DNA of 50,622 nt from NCBI GenBank assembly GCA_964575635.1, contig CAZNQY010000001.1:1-50622 (forward strand), given 5' to 3'. The position numbers were made by a program, and so were the translations under genes. Shown here piece after piece: positions 8,026 to 16,244 of the stretch. The notes under the pieces were generated by a model that saw only the letters and a list, made by a program, of their open reading frames with translations, searched no databases and had not been told where the DNA came from. Positions within the stretch are counted from its first letter, which is position 1, and each line of letters opens with the position of its first letter. The stretch comes from an uncultured Candidatus Saccharimonas sp. Its GTDB lineage: Bacteria > Patescibacteriota > Saccharimonadia > Saccharimonadales > Saccharimonadaceae.

Positions 8026-9663
8026 TTAGTAATCCATGCCGCCCATACCAGGCATCGCTTTAACCTCTGGTTCTGGAATATCCACCACTAACGCCCCCAT
8101 TGTCGCAGCAGTTGATGCGATTGAAACAGCATTCATAACAGCTTCTTTGACGACCCGCGTTGGATCAATTACGCCAGCTTTTTTGACATCAACCAAGCCT
8201 TTTTCAGGACTATTTACGTTAATACCAAAACCAGGCTTAGCTGCTTCAACTTGAGCAAGTAAAGCTTCACTATTCAACCCAGCATTCGCTGTAACCTGCA
8301 AGAAAGGCTGTTTGAGCGCATTCTTTAATATCTGGCGTCCAGCATTGATCGAATCACTACCGTCAGCCTTGAGCCCTGCAGACAAGTTTACGAGTGTTAC
8401 GCCACCACCTGGCACAATTCCTTCATCAAGAGCAGCTTTAGTTGCAGCCACAGCATCGTCAACACGGAATTTCTTTTCCTCGATCTCAGTCTCGGTTGTT
8501 CCGCCTACTTTAATGACTGCGACTTTACCACTAAGTGACGCTGCGCGACCAATGTAATAATCTTTGTCGTAGTTATTTTTGGCATTTTCAGCGAAAGTTC
8601 TAATTTCATCAATACGATTTTTAATATCAGATACCCTACCTGCGCCTTCAATAATAGTTGTCGTGCTTTTACCAACGATAACCTTGCGTGCTGTGCCAAC
8701 TACGTCAATCTCGACATTTTCGAAATTCAAGCCTAAATCAGATGTAATTACGGTTGCGCCAGTCAAAATCGCAATATCGTTCAAGACTTCCTTGCGTCGA
8801 TCACCAAATGATGGAGCTTTGACAGCAACGGTATTGAATACTCCTTTTAGTTTATTCAAAACCAAAATGCTCAGCGCTTCTCCGTCAACTTCGTCGGCAA
8901 TCAAGACAACGTCTTTTTTGCCAGCCATCGCCAACTTTTCAAGTAACGGTAAGAATTCTTGGACGCTATTAATTTTTTTATCGGTAATAATAATTGCCGG
9001 TTTTTCATAAACCGCTTCTTGTCGATTAACATCAGTTACAAAGAACTGACTGACAAATCCGCGATCAAAGGTGTAACCTTCAACAACTTCAGATTCCAAA
9101 TCTAAACCTTGGCTAGCTTCGACTGTCACAACGCCATCTTTGCCAATTTTTGCGATTACATCAGCAATTAATTTACCGATTACAGAATCGCCAGCGCTAA
9201 TCGTAGCCACTTCCGCAACACGATCGGGCTTGCCTTCAATATTTTCACTCATCTTGTCCAGCGCAGTCACTAATTCAGCACCAGCCGCTTCAATACCTTT
9301 ACGAAGTTCCATTGGGTTATGACCTGCTGCAATCAAACGACTTGCTTCTTTTAGGATACTATAGGTCAAGATCGTAACGGTCGTCGTACCATCGCCCGCA
9401 ACTTTGTTTAATTTAGTTGCAGCTTGTTTTATCAACTCTGCGCCAACTTTATATCCCAATGTTTCGTCGTCAACTTCTGGCAAAGTAATTGACTCAGCCA
9501 CAGTAACACCGTCATGAGTAATTATTGGGCCGCCGTAACCTTTGGCGATCATTACATTGCGGCCTTTTGGACCATAAGTAACTTTTACTGCATCATAAAG
9601 AGCCTTTGCACCGCCCAAGATTCGAGCCCTTGCATCATCATCATAAAAAATCTTTTTAGTCAT
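8026..9663 (-). CDS. groL: Chaperonin GroEL (Cpn60)
   Basis: 545 aa, 'AGDGTTTVT', C-terminal 'MGGMDY', directly downstream of groES. Confidence 0.97.
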   Translation of the reverse strand: MTKKIFYDDDARARILGGAKALYDAVKVTYGPKGRNVMIAKGYGGPIITHDGVTVAESITLPEVDDETLGYKVGAELIKQAATKLNKVAGDGTTTVTILTYSILKEASRLIAAGHNPMELRKGIEAAGAELVTALDKMSENIEGKPDRVAEVATISAGDSVIGKLIADVIAKIGKDGVVTVEASQGLDLESEVVEGYTFDRGFVSQFFVTDVNRQEAVYEKPAIIITDKKINSVQEFLPLLEKLAMAGKKDVVLIADEVDGEALSILVLNKLKGVFNTVAVKAPSFGDRRKEVLNDIAILTGATVITSDLGLNFENVEIDVVGTARKVIVGKSTTTIIEGAGRVSDIKNRIDEIRTFAENAKNNYDKDYYIGRAASLSGKVAVIKVGGTTETEIEEKKFRVDDAVAATKAALDEGIVPGGGVTLVNLSAGLKADGSDSINAGRQILKNALKQPFLQVTANAGLNSEALLAQVEAAKPGFGINVNSPEKGLVDVKKAGVIDPTRVVKEAVMNAVSIASTAATMGALVVDIPEPEVKAMPGMGGMDY

Positions 9664-9675
9664 AAATTCTCCTAA

Positions 9676-9945
9676 CTAGGCAATTGTTGCCAATACGTCA
9701 TCTTCTTTTACGATTAAATATTCAGTTGCGTCAATTTTTAGATCGGTCGTTGTATATTCTTTATACACAATTCTATCGCCAACCTTAACATTTTTAACAC
9801 TATCGCCTACCGCTAACACCTTAGCGATTGTTGATTTTTCTTTTGCCGCACTTTCAGTCAAAAATAACCCAGAGGTGGTTTTGGTCTCGGCAACTTCGCG
9901 CACAGCCAATATCCTATCCGCTAGGGGTTTTATTGGTATACTCAT
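9676..9945 (-). CDS. groS: Co-chaperonin GroES (Cpn10)
   Basis: 89 aa, 'IKPLADRILAV...TSGLFLTESA...GDRIVY', 12 nt upstream of groEL. Confidence 0.95.
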   Translation of the reverse strand: MSIPIKPLADRILAVREVAETKTTSGLFLTESAAKEKSTIAKVLAVGDSVKNVKVGDRIVYKEYTTTDLKIDATEYLIVKEDDVLATIA

Positions 9946-9999
9946 TTAAGTTCTTCCTCCTTTAAATTATTTATACAAATACTATTTTAACCAAAAAAA

Positions 10000-10026
10000 T
10001 TAGCACTTGCAAGGCGCGAGTGCTAA
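10000..10026. promoter_or_regulatory. CIRCE operator (HrcA binding site) upstream of groES-groEL
   Basis: TTAGCACTT-N9-GAGTGCTAA, one mismatch to the consensus TTAGCACTC-N9-GAGTGCTAA, 55 nt upstream of the groES start. Confidence 0.85.
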
Positions 10027-10044
10027 TTTATATATCATAATCTG

Positions 10045-10968
10045 TTATTTTTTAATAATCTTTTTGACGGACGTTAGTGTTCTCTTAATATGATATTTTG
10101 GTTTAGAAATCGGAATCTCCCAAGCCCCAGCGTATTGAATCACTTCACCGCCAAAAGTCTTTTTAAAAGCCGTAAAACCACTTTTTTCGTCAATTTTATC
10201 GTCGCTCTCGGATATGCCGTACAGATCAAAGTATTTTCTACCCGATCGTTTAGCGTCAATTATCATATAGCTGATTAGCGGCGCATTCGCCTGAATACTC
10301 TTGTCACTCAAATCACGACCTACTTGCGCATAATAGCGAGTATCGTCATCGTCATAAGTCAGAGTTATTACTTCCACCTTGCCGTCGCGCCTAGCGGCAA
10401 ACAAGTTAGCATTGCCGTTTTTGATCAATTTTTCGAAAATATTATGAAAAAACTTCTTATCACGGACAAAAAAGCCTTTTTGCTGTGATGAAATCTTTAG
10501 AAAGTCATAAAAAATGTTCAAAGTTTCAAGTGTGTTACTTTTTTCCATAACCAAACCCTTGTTGGAATAATTACGGTATTCATTGCCGCGAGTTTTGTTC
10601 ATACCCTGAATAATTTCTTCTTCACTTGCACTCAAATCGATGCGAATTGTGCGATGCGCTTGGCGATGAAAACCTTTATATTTGAACATTTTTTTAGCTT
10701 CATCCAGACTAACAGCCAATGTTGGTTCAATATGAACAACGTAGGCGCCAATATTTTTAGCTTTTTTAACCAAATCGCTCACCGCCTGCTCAAGCGCTTT
10801 TTTATTCACCGCATGCGGCCCGTAAGGTGCATAAACATACTGACCAAACCTATCGCTCTCGACTAATCCAACATATGACCAGCCATCGCCATCACCTTCA
10901 ATTACTTTGCGGCCAATTTCTTTTTGAAACTGGCGCCAAGTATCAGATTGCAAGACATGAGTTTTCAT
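10045..10968 (-). CDS. FemAB-family peptidoglycan interpeptide-bridge aminoacyltransferase (FemX-like)
   Basis: 307 aa with overall Fem/MurM-like pattern (W..FQ...G..., 'YAPYGP', C-terminal 'F.LYGI', 'G...FK..FGG'). Lies 4 nt after the murE-like stop. Confidence 0.75.
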   Translation of the reverse strand: MKTHVLQSDTWRQFQKEIGRKVIEGDGDGWSYVGLVESDRFGQYVYAPYGPHAVNKKALEQAVSDLVKKAKNIGAYVVHIEPTLAVSLDEAKKMFKYKGFHRQAHRTIRIDLSASEEEIIQGMNKTRGNEYRNYSNKGLVMEKSNTLETLNIFYDFLKISSQQKGFFVRDKKFFHNIFEKLIKNGNANLFAARRDGKVEVITLTYDDDDTRYYAQVGRDLSDKSIQANAPLISYMIIDAKRSGRKYFDLYGISESDDKIDEKSGFTAFKKTFGGEVIQYAGAWEIPISKPKYHIKRTLTSVKKIIKK

Positions 10969-10972
10969 CGGA

Positions 10973-12274
10973 TTACTTCTTGAGCTTCCTTATTGCCGCT
11001 TTTGCTACTTCTGGTTCGTCCCAATCAATATCGCCGTTTGCTCGTTCAATGGTTTTTTCGTGACCTTTTCCGAGTAACACTACCGTATCATTTTTTGAAC
11101 TAACTCGACCGACCGCAAACTCGATTGCTTCAGTACGGTCTAGAATCAAGAACATATCTTTATCCTTCTTTTTTCCAGCTTTTTCAGCACCGCTTGCAAT
11201 TTGAGTCAATATCTCATTTCCATCACAGTCACGATCATCTTCTTCGGTCAAAATCACTTCGTCGCAATATCGTCCAGCAATCTCACCTTGCACAGCGCGC
11301 TTAGTTTCGTCGCGTCGTCCAGCCGAACCGAATACCGCAACCAATTTACCCTTAGTAATCGGGCGAACGTTAGAGAAGAACTTTTCAAAAGCATCTGGTG
11401 TCGATGCATGATCAACCATTACACGGAAATCCTGATCCGCATCAACTAAAGCCATGCGTCCTTCGACACTTTTTAGTGCCGCTACGCCTTTTTCGATCTG
11501 CTCAACTGTCAATCCAACTTCACGACCAACCGAAATTGCCGCCAGCGCATTACTGATATTAAAGTCGCCTGGCAAATTAACTGTCATATTATAGACATCT
11601 TTACCGACTTTTGCTTTGAAAGTTGAATGATCAACGAACATTTCGATATCAAATGCCGTCACGTCCCCATTTTTTAATCCATACGTCACAGATTTTGGCA
11701 TGATCTCTGTAAATTTTTTATACGATTTATCTTCGGCGTTTATTACGCCTAGTTTCATACCGTTTTTTGCCGCCAATTTGAATAATTTCTGTTTTGCCTT
11801 CAAGTAATTTTCAAAAGTTCCGTGGTAATCCAAGTGATCGCCAGTTACGTTTGTCATAACAGCAATTTCATAAGGCACCCCCCAAGCCCGATGCTGGATA
11901 AGTGCATGGCTTGATGTTTCAAGTACCAACCATTCAACACCAGCATTTTTAAAGTCCTTAATATACTTTTGCAAAACTCTCGAACCTGCCGTTGTTACGT
12001 GTGCGTGTTGGGGTATTATTTCGCCAAAAGTACCATGCGACACAGTACTCATCATCGCTGTTTTGTATCCAGCCGTACTCAACATCATATAGATCATCGA
12101 TGTTGTCGTAGTTTTGCCGTTAGTACCAGTTACGCCAATTACGTGCATATCCCGCGCTGGAAAACCGTTTTTAATATTAGCCAGTACTGCTTCAACTAAG
12201 TGTCCAGTTGGTTCAATTTTTCTAAAAACATTTGTTGGAACAATTTTCTTGATAAGTTTTCGAGTATTTTCCAT
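10973..12274 (-). CDS. murE: Mur ligase family, MurE-like UDP-MurNAc-dipeptide:diamino acid ligase
   Basis: P-loop 'GVTGTNGKTTT', 'DHLDYHG', 'VEGRM'. It is shorter than typical MurE, so substrate specificity is unknown. Confidence 0.75.
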   Translation of the reverse strand: MENTRKLIKKIVPTNVFRKIEPTGHLVEAVLANIKNGFPARDMHVIGVTGTNGKTTTTSMIYMMLSTAGYKTAMMSTVSHGTFGEIIPQHAHVTTAGSRVLQKYIKDFKNAGVEWLVLETSSHALIQHRAWGVPYEIAVMTNVTGDHLDYHGTFENYLKAKQKLFKLAAKNGMKLGVINAEDKSYKKFTEIMPKSVTYGLKNGDVTAFDIEMFVDHSTFKAKVGKDVYNMTVNLPGDFNISNALAAISVGREVGLTVEQIEKGVAALKSVEGRMALVDADQDFRVMVDHASTPDAFEKFFSNVRPITKGKLVAVFGSAGRRDETKRAVQGEIAGRYCDEVILTEEDDRDCDGNEILTQIASGAEKAGKKKDKDMFLILDRTEAIEFAVGRVSSKNDTVVLLGKGHEKTIERANGDIDWDEPEVAKAAIRKLKK

Positions 12275-12404
12275 ATATCAATTATAAACTATTATTTTTC
12301 ATAAATTTCATAAAACCCCTAGCCCCTGTAACTTTAGCTATGTTATAATAATCAAGTTCAACGCCACACATTAACAGACGTTAGTCGTTAATGTAATAAA
12401 AATA

Positions 12405-12485
12405 GTCAACCCAAGTGGCTGCTGCGTGAAACGCAAATTATCCGACGGTCAAACCGTCCCCGTAGTTCGCAATCACAACCAGCTT
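12405..12485 (+). pseudogene. Degenerate tRNA-Ser-like sequence just upstream of tRNA-Ser(GCU)
   Basis: 'acccaagtggctg' (12409-12421) is identical to the D-arm region of the real tRNA. 'gacggtcaaaccgtc' and 'gtagttcgcaatcac' echo the anticodon and T arms. No acceptor stem. Confidence 0.35.
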
Positions 12486-12511
12486 CACGATGAAGTCTAT
12501 TTTATCCCCAC

Positions 12512-12604
12512 GGAGGGGTACCCAAGTGGCTGAAGGGGACGGTTTGCTAAATCGTTAGTTCGGAGAGATCTGAAGCGGGAGTTCGAATCTCCCCTCCTCC
12601 GCCA
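12512..12604 (+). tRNA. tRNA-Ser(GCU), type II, CCA encoded; attachment site of the adjacent element
   Basis: GGAGGGG-TA-CCC..GGG-ACGGT-TTGCTAA-ATCGT-(variable arm)-GGGAG-TTCGAAT-CTCCC-CTCCTCC-G-CCA. Confidence 0.9.
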
Positions 12605-14205
12605 AGAGAAACAGTGGAGTTATTTGACACCAAAACAAGAGACCTAAACGGCTCTCGCAAGGTGTAAGACTCCACTTTTTCTTTTCCAAAATACAATTTC
12701 GAAAAGATTTCCCTAATAATACGTTCCTTTTGAAAAATACGCCCATTGCGAAATGCTGGCAGTGTTTTTTCGATAATCGAATTAAACTCTTCTGGCGTTA
12801 GTGGTTTATGCTTTACAGTTTGAACTCTAAGCTTATTATTATTTTCGTTGATTTTGTTTGTAACAATGTTGATTTCATTGAGATTATCAGAGATGTCGTC
12901 ATTGGCTTTTTTAATAGCTCTATCGTCTGTTAGTTTACCTAAAGAAGCTCTAATCTCATCATTTTTACCGTCCAAGTGACTAATAATACTTTTAAACCGT
13001 TCTATTTCGCTTCTGAGGCGTTGTCTTTCGCCAGACGATAACTCCTTCGTTTCTTTCAAGTATGCCTCGTATGCGTCTTCTGTGAGCATAGAAATGACAC
13101 TTTCTATGGCTGGCTCTATGGCTTTAATGACGTCTCTCATTCTTGGATTTGCAGGATTTGAACGAGAACATATTTTATTCTTACAACTTAGATAGATTGT
13201 TGGTCTTGTGCCGTTTTTTCTGTGCTTCTTTATATTGGGAATATTTGGCAACATTGCCGTATCCTCTCGCCCGCATATTGCACAGTAAATCAAATCTTGT
13301 AAGGGTCTTCGCTCTCGATTATCTTTTGTCTTGGCTCTGTTGCTGTGCTCTGATAGCAACGACACTGCGCCAAAAGTAGCCTCATCTATTATTGGTATAA
13401 ATCCCAATCCTAATTCTCTAAGGTCTGTTTTTTGATTAGCTTGTGTTAGAACGCCCATATAAAAGGAGTCTGCGAACATCTTGCCTAGTGTGCTGACCGT
13501 TACTTTCATAATGCGGTAATTGCCATCTTCGGTGTAATACTTCGAATAATGATTATCGTTAAGGTATTTGGCAATTTTAGATAACATATCGCCATTTGCC
13601 CTCATTCCCCACGCTCGTTTTATCAAGCCAAAGTTATCATTGTAATCATCTGGCGTATAAATACCCTGTTTTTGAATATAACCGTGTTTTGGGACTCCAC
13701 CAGATAGACCTTCTTTAACTCTTTTTCTAACACCTCGTTTAACCTTATCTGACAAGTCGTCTGAATAGTGTTTCGCAAACACGAACAACATTCCTAACAT
13801 CATCTTGCCATTAGATGAATTGTCGAATTGATGAGAATGAAAACGAAGGTCTTTCATCTGACCCTTATCAAGCATATCTATAATCTTGCCAGCTTCGACC
13901 ATATTACGTGCCAAGCGGTCAGGGTGCCACGCTATAATGCCGTCTATTTTGCCGTCTTTAACTTCTTTCAGCAACGCCTTAAATAAAGGGCGATTATTAG
14001 CGGTTTTGGCTGATTTTTCTTCTCTGACCTCGCCAATAACCTTTAATTTGAGTTTTAGTGCTAGCTTACGGCAATCGTCTATCTGGTCATTTATAGACCG
14101 TATTTGTCTCCCAGATTCTTCTGACGATTTACGAGCATAAATCTTATACCTGTAAGTTTTAATTAGCTCTTCAAAGGGTGCTTCTTCGTATATGTCGTTA
14201 TTCAT
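12547..14205 (-). CDS. Large serine recombinase (integrase); the last ~16 codons read through the antisense of the tRNA
   Basis: Resolvase-type catalytic domain 'YARKSSEESGRQ...DRLAR', recombinase domain, Cys-rich zinc-ribbon region (CAICGR...CKNKIC) and a coiled-coil tail. The ORF crosses the att core at 12597-12605. Confidence 0.9.
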   Translation of the reverse strand: MNNDIYEEAPFEELIKTYRYKIYARKSSEESGRQIRSINDQIDDCRKLALKLKLKVIGEVREEKSAKTANNRPLFKALLKEVKDGKIDGIIAWHPDRLARNMVEAGKIIDMLDKGQMKDLRFHSHQFDNSSNGKMMLGMLFVFAKHYSDDLSDKVKRGVRKRVKEGLSGGVPKHGYIQKQGIYTPDDYNDNFGLIKRAWGMRANGDMLSKIAKYLNDNHYSKYYTEDGNYRIMKVTVSTLGKMFADSFYMGVLTQANQKTDLRELGLGFIPIIDEATFGAVSLLSEHSNRAKTKDNRERRPLQDLIYCAICGREDTAMLPNIPNIKKHRKNGTRPTIYLSCKNKICSRSNPANPRMRDVIKAIEPAIESVISMLTEDAYEAYLKETKELSSGERQRLRSEIERFKSIISHLDGKNDEIRASLGKLTDDRAIKKANDDISDNLNEINIVTNKINENNNKLRVQTVKHKPLTPEEFNSIIEKTLPAFRNGRIFQKERIIREIFSKLYFGKEKVESYTLREPFRSLVLVSNNSTVSLGGGGEIRTPASDLSELTI

Positions 14206-14310
14206 TGTTTTTCGAACTTTGATAAAAATTACTTATATAAATATCTATGTAAATGATTATATGCTAGTTTTTCGAATTATAACAAATCAAGGTTCTGTTA
14301 TATAATTAAG

Positions 14311-14436
14311 GGGTTCTAAGCAATTCACAATAGTAACGCCAGTAATGGTGTGATTTCTCTCGAGAATGAGCACCGTATAAACAACTGGAGAAATCCTGCT
14401 GTGAATGGCTTAGAACACCCTACGGTGCTCTTTTTT
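14311..14436 (+). promoter_or_regulatory. Structured leader or regulatory region in the element's divergent intergenic space
   Basis: Arm 14311-14329 pairs with 14400-14420 (~18-19 bp). A 10-bp stem 14368-14377/14421-14430 is followed by TTTTTT, just before the SD and ATG at 14466. Confidence 0.4.
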
Positions 14437-14465
14437 GTTTGTGCCGTATTTATAAAGGAGATGAT

Positions 14466-14789
14466 ATGGCGCTAAGAACGCAAGACTCAATACAGATTGA
14501 ACAGTTGAAAAGAAATAAAGATGCTCAAGAATTGACGGCGATGGCTCAAATGACAGATGAGCAACGCAATAATTATTTGAGACAAAGAGATGTCGTTAAA
14601 CAATTGCAGAAATGTAATGCCGTGATGGTTGGTTGGTGCTTCTTGTGCACTATCCTTGTCTTTACGTCTTTTGTATTTCCACCGCTACTGATTGCGGTGA
14701 TTTTTATTATCGTAGCTATTGTAAGAACCTATAAAAATAAATACAAACCGCTCAGGATTGAGCAGAAGAAGTTTTACGAGATTAAATAA
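14466..14789 (+). CDS. Small membrane protein of the element (C-terminal TM hairpin)
   Basis: AAGGAG 6 nt upstream of the ATG at 14466; the track ORF from 14439 starts at TTG. Hydrophobic 'VMVGWCFLCTILVFTSFVFPPLLIAVIFIIVAIV'. Confidence 0.55.
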   Translation: MALRTQDSIQIEQLKRNKDAQELTAMAQMTDEQRNNYLRQRDVVKQLQKCNAVMVGWCFLCTILVFTSFVFPPLLIAVIFIIVAIVRTYKNKYKPLRIEQKKFYEIK

Positions 14790-14865
14790 TCTCACGCATT
14801 AAGATGTGTAGATATCAGTCTGCCGAGATGTTATATAAAGCTGGCAGTAAAAGAATAGTAAAATT

Positions 14866-15306
14866 TTAGGTTGTTGGCTGTATTTCTAATGGCGTCAATG
14901 CTTTGGCGAGTTTGATTTGGTCGTCTAGTGATAAGTTGCTAAAGTTATTTGTTGGCAGTGGTTTTAATACAGTCTCCATATTCACTAAGCCTTTTTGCAA
15001 CGACTGAACTATAGCCACCAGTTCTCGTGTGGTCATTTGCTCCATATCTCGTTTCATAAGCTCGCTATAGGCTCTCGATAATAGCATATTTGTGATGTTT
15101 TTATGTTTTGTTATTACGTCTACGCCACTTGTGTCTCGCTCTAATTCCCACGATTTCTGTTTTGTATTTTCAATATCTTTCTGTCTTTCGTTGCATATCT
15201 TAATAATCGTAGGTTTACTAACTCCTGTTGTTTTTGCGATATCATCAAACGAGCAAGCGCCAGCCCTTAATGCCACTACCTCATTTGATAGTTCGAGACT
15301 TACCAT
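14866..15306 (-). CDS. HTH-domain protein of the element (possible regulator or directionality factor)
   Basis: N-terminal 'FDDIAKTTGVSKPTIIKICNE' helix-turn-helix. Starts 10 nt after the upstream ORF stop. Confidence 0.55.
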   Translation of the reverse strand: MVSLELSNEVVALRAGACSFDDIAKTTGVSKPTIIKICNERQKDIENTKQKSWELERDTSGVDVITKHKNITNMLLSRAYSELMKRDMEQMTTRELVAIVQSLQKGLVNMETVLKPLPTNNFSNLSLDDQIKLAKALTPLEIQPTT

Positions 15307-15315
15307 AACTATCTC

Positions 15316-15612
15316 CTATAAGTTAAAGTGTTTGTCTATGGCTTTTTTTACCATAGCTTCTACTCGTTTTTCGGCTCCTGCCGTATCGTTGTTATCCTCT
15401 ATTATAGTATATTTCGAAGAACTCGTCCTTAGTGTAATAGTTGTTCGTGTAATGGTATCGAAATCAAGAGTCACCTCTGTGCCATCATCAAGCGTAAAGG
15501 TGCTCGTGTCTTGTGATTCAGATGGTATATCGCTTATAGCGTCAATCAAGCCAGTCAAGTCTTTTACGACCTTGCCAGACAACTCCGTAAGCTCCTTTTT
15601 GTTATAACTCAT
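15316..15612 (-). CDS. Small acidic hypothetical protein of the element
   Basis: 98-aa ORF. Its start overlaps the stop of the reconstructed circular-form recombinase reading frame. Confidence 0.5.
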   Translation of the reverse strand: MSYNKKELTELSGKVVKDLTGLIDAISDIPSESQDTSTFTLDDGTEVTLDFDTITRTTITLRTSSSKYTIIEDNNDTAGAEKRVEAMVKKAIDKHFNL

Positions 15613-15761
15613 ACCTACATTTTATATCAAAGGTTTCTTTATGACTAAAAAGGCTATCTAATATGTTCCCAAATCTACGAATACCAGATATGACCTCATC
15701 TAGTGGTGTATGGTCGTTTTCGTTCAATAGAGTTTCGAAAATAGTATCTACTGCTCCGCCA

Positions 15762-15799
15762 AAATAAAACAACGACCCTTGTGGTCGTTATTTTATTTT
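15762..15799 (+). terminator. Conserved post-tRNA hairpin, displaced ~3.1 kb from tRNA-Ser(GCU) by the element
   Basis: 'aaataaaacaacgaccc ttg tggtcgttattttatttt', the same family as 2295-2330, 26003-26038, 26197-26235 and 30235-30270. Confidence 0.6.
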
Positions 15800-16192
15800 A
15801 CCAGAGTCGGGTCATTCAAACTCCCGCGGTTTTGCCCACGGCAAAACGAGCGCGGAGTTCGGCGCTGTGCAGCGAAATGAAAATGTGTTTACATATTTTC
15901 ATAAGCAAACAAAGGAGCGAGATTTATCGAGCGATATCTCCCCTATTTTGCAAGGCAAAATCAGCGGGAGTTCGGTGTAGCGAACGAAACAAAAGAAAGC
16001 GCGAAGCATTTTCTTTTGTAAGTAAGCGGAAGAGCCCAAAGGGCGATATCTCCGCTAATCCAAAGGCAAAACGAGCGCCGAGCAGCGAAGAAGCGAGATT
16101 TATCGAGCAATATCTCCCCTCATTTCCAAGAAAACACGAAACATTTTCTACTTAAGTAAGCGAACGGAAAAACCCAAAGAGTGATATCTCCC
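15800..16192 (+). repeat. tRNA-linked repeat locus E: inverted tRNA-Ser(GCU) T-arm copy (15800-15827) followed by four tandem modules (15852-15944, 15964-16056, 16066-16121 partial, 16131-16192 partial)
   Basis: Units begin '(gc)gggagttcgg' and end 'gatatctcccc', which are the two halves of the Ser(GCU) T-arm. The cores match those at the other four tRNA loci. Confidence 0.7.
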
Positions 16193-16210
16193 CCATTTAA
16201 TTGTTCAACT

Positions 16211-16241
16211 AAAAATAAAACAAGCCCGCAAAAGCGGGCTT
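16211..16241 (-). terminator. Terminator of the 16245-16844 gene
   Basis: Stem aagcccgc/gcgggctt, followed by a T-run on the minus strand. Confidence 0.65.
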
Positions 16242-16244
16242 TAA

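Larger units (their letters stand above)
12597..15762. mobile_element. ~3.15-kb integrative element inserted at the extreme 3' end of tRNA-Ser(GCU), bounded by 9-bp direct repeats ctccgccaa
   Basis: The repeat occurs at 12597-12605 and 15754-15762. The conserved post-tRNA hairpin and repeat array normally follow the CCA directly but here start only at 15762. The recombinase gene abuts the tRNA. Confidence 0.7.

Noticed and set aside
8036-9322. Antisense or overlapping ORFs inside groEL (for example 8579-9010), valS (19182-19742), hsdM (510-806, 1299-1574), the VirB6-like gene (36423-36812), the 798-aa gene (42383-42805), the hydrolase gene (44912-45265), and others.
   Set aside because: They sit wholly within strongly supported genes on the opposite strand or in another frame, and their composition reflects the sense-strand codon bias. 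They are spurious.
15800-16192. CRISPR-like appearance of the tandem repeats.
   Set aside because: The units are 55-93 nt and of unequal length. They are homologous along their whole length, so there are no unique spacers. They derive from tRNA T-arm halves, and no cas genes are in the window.
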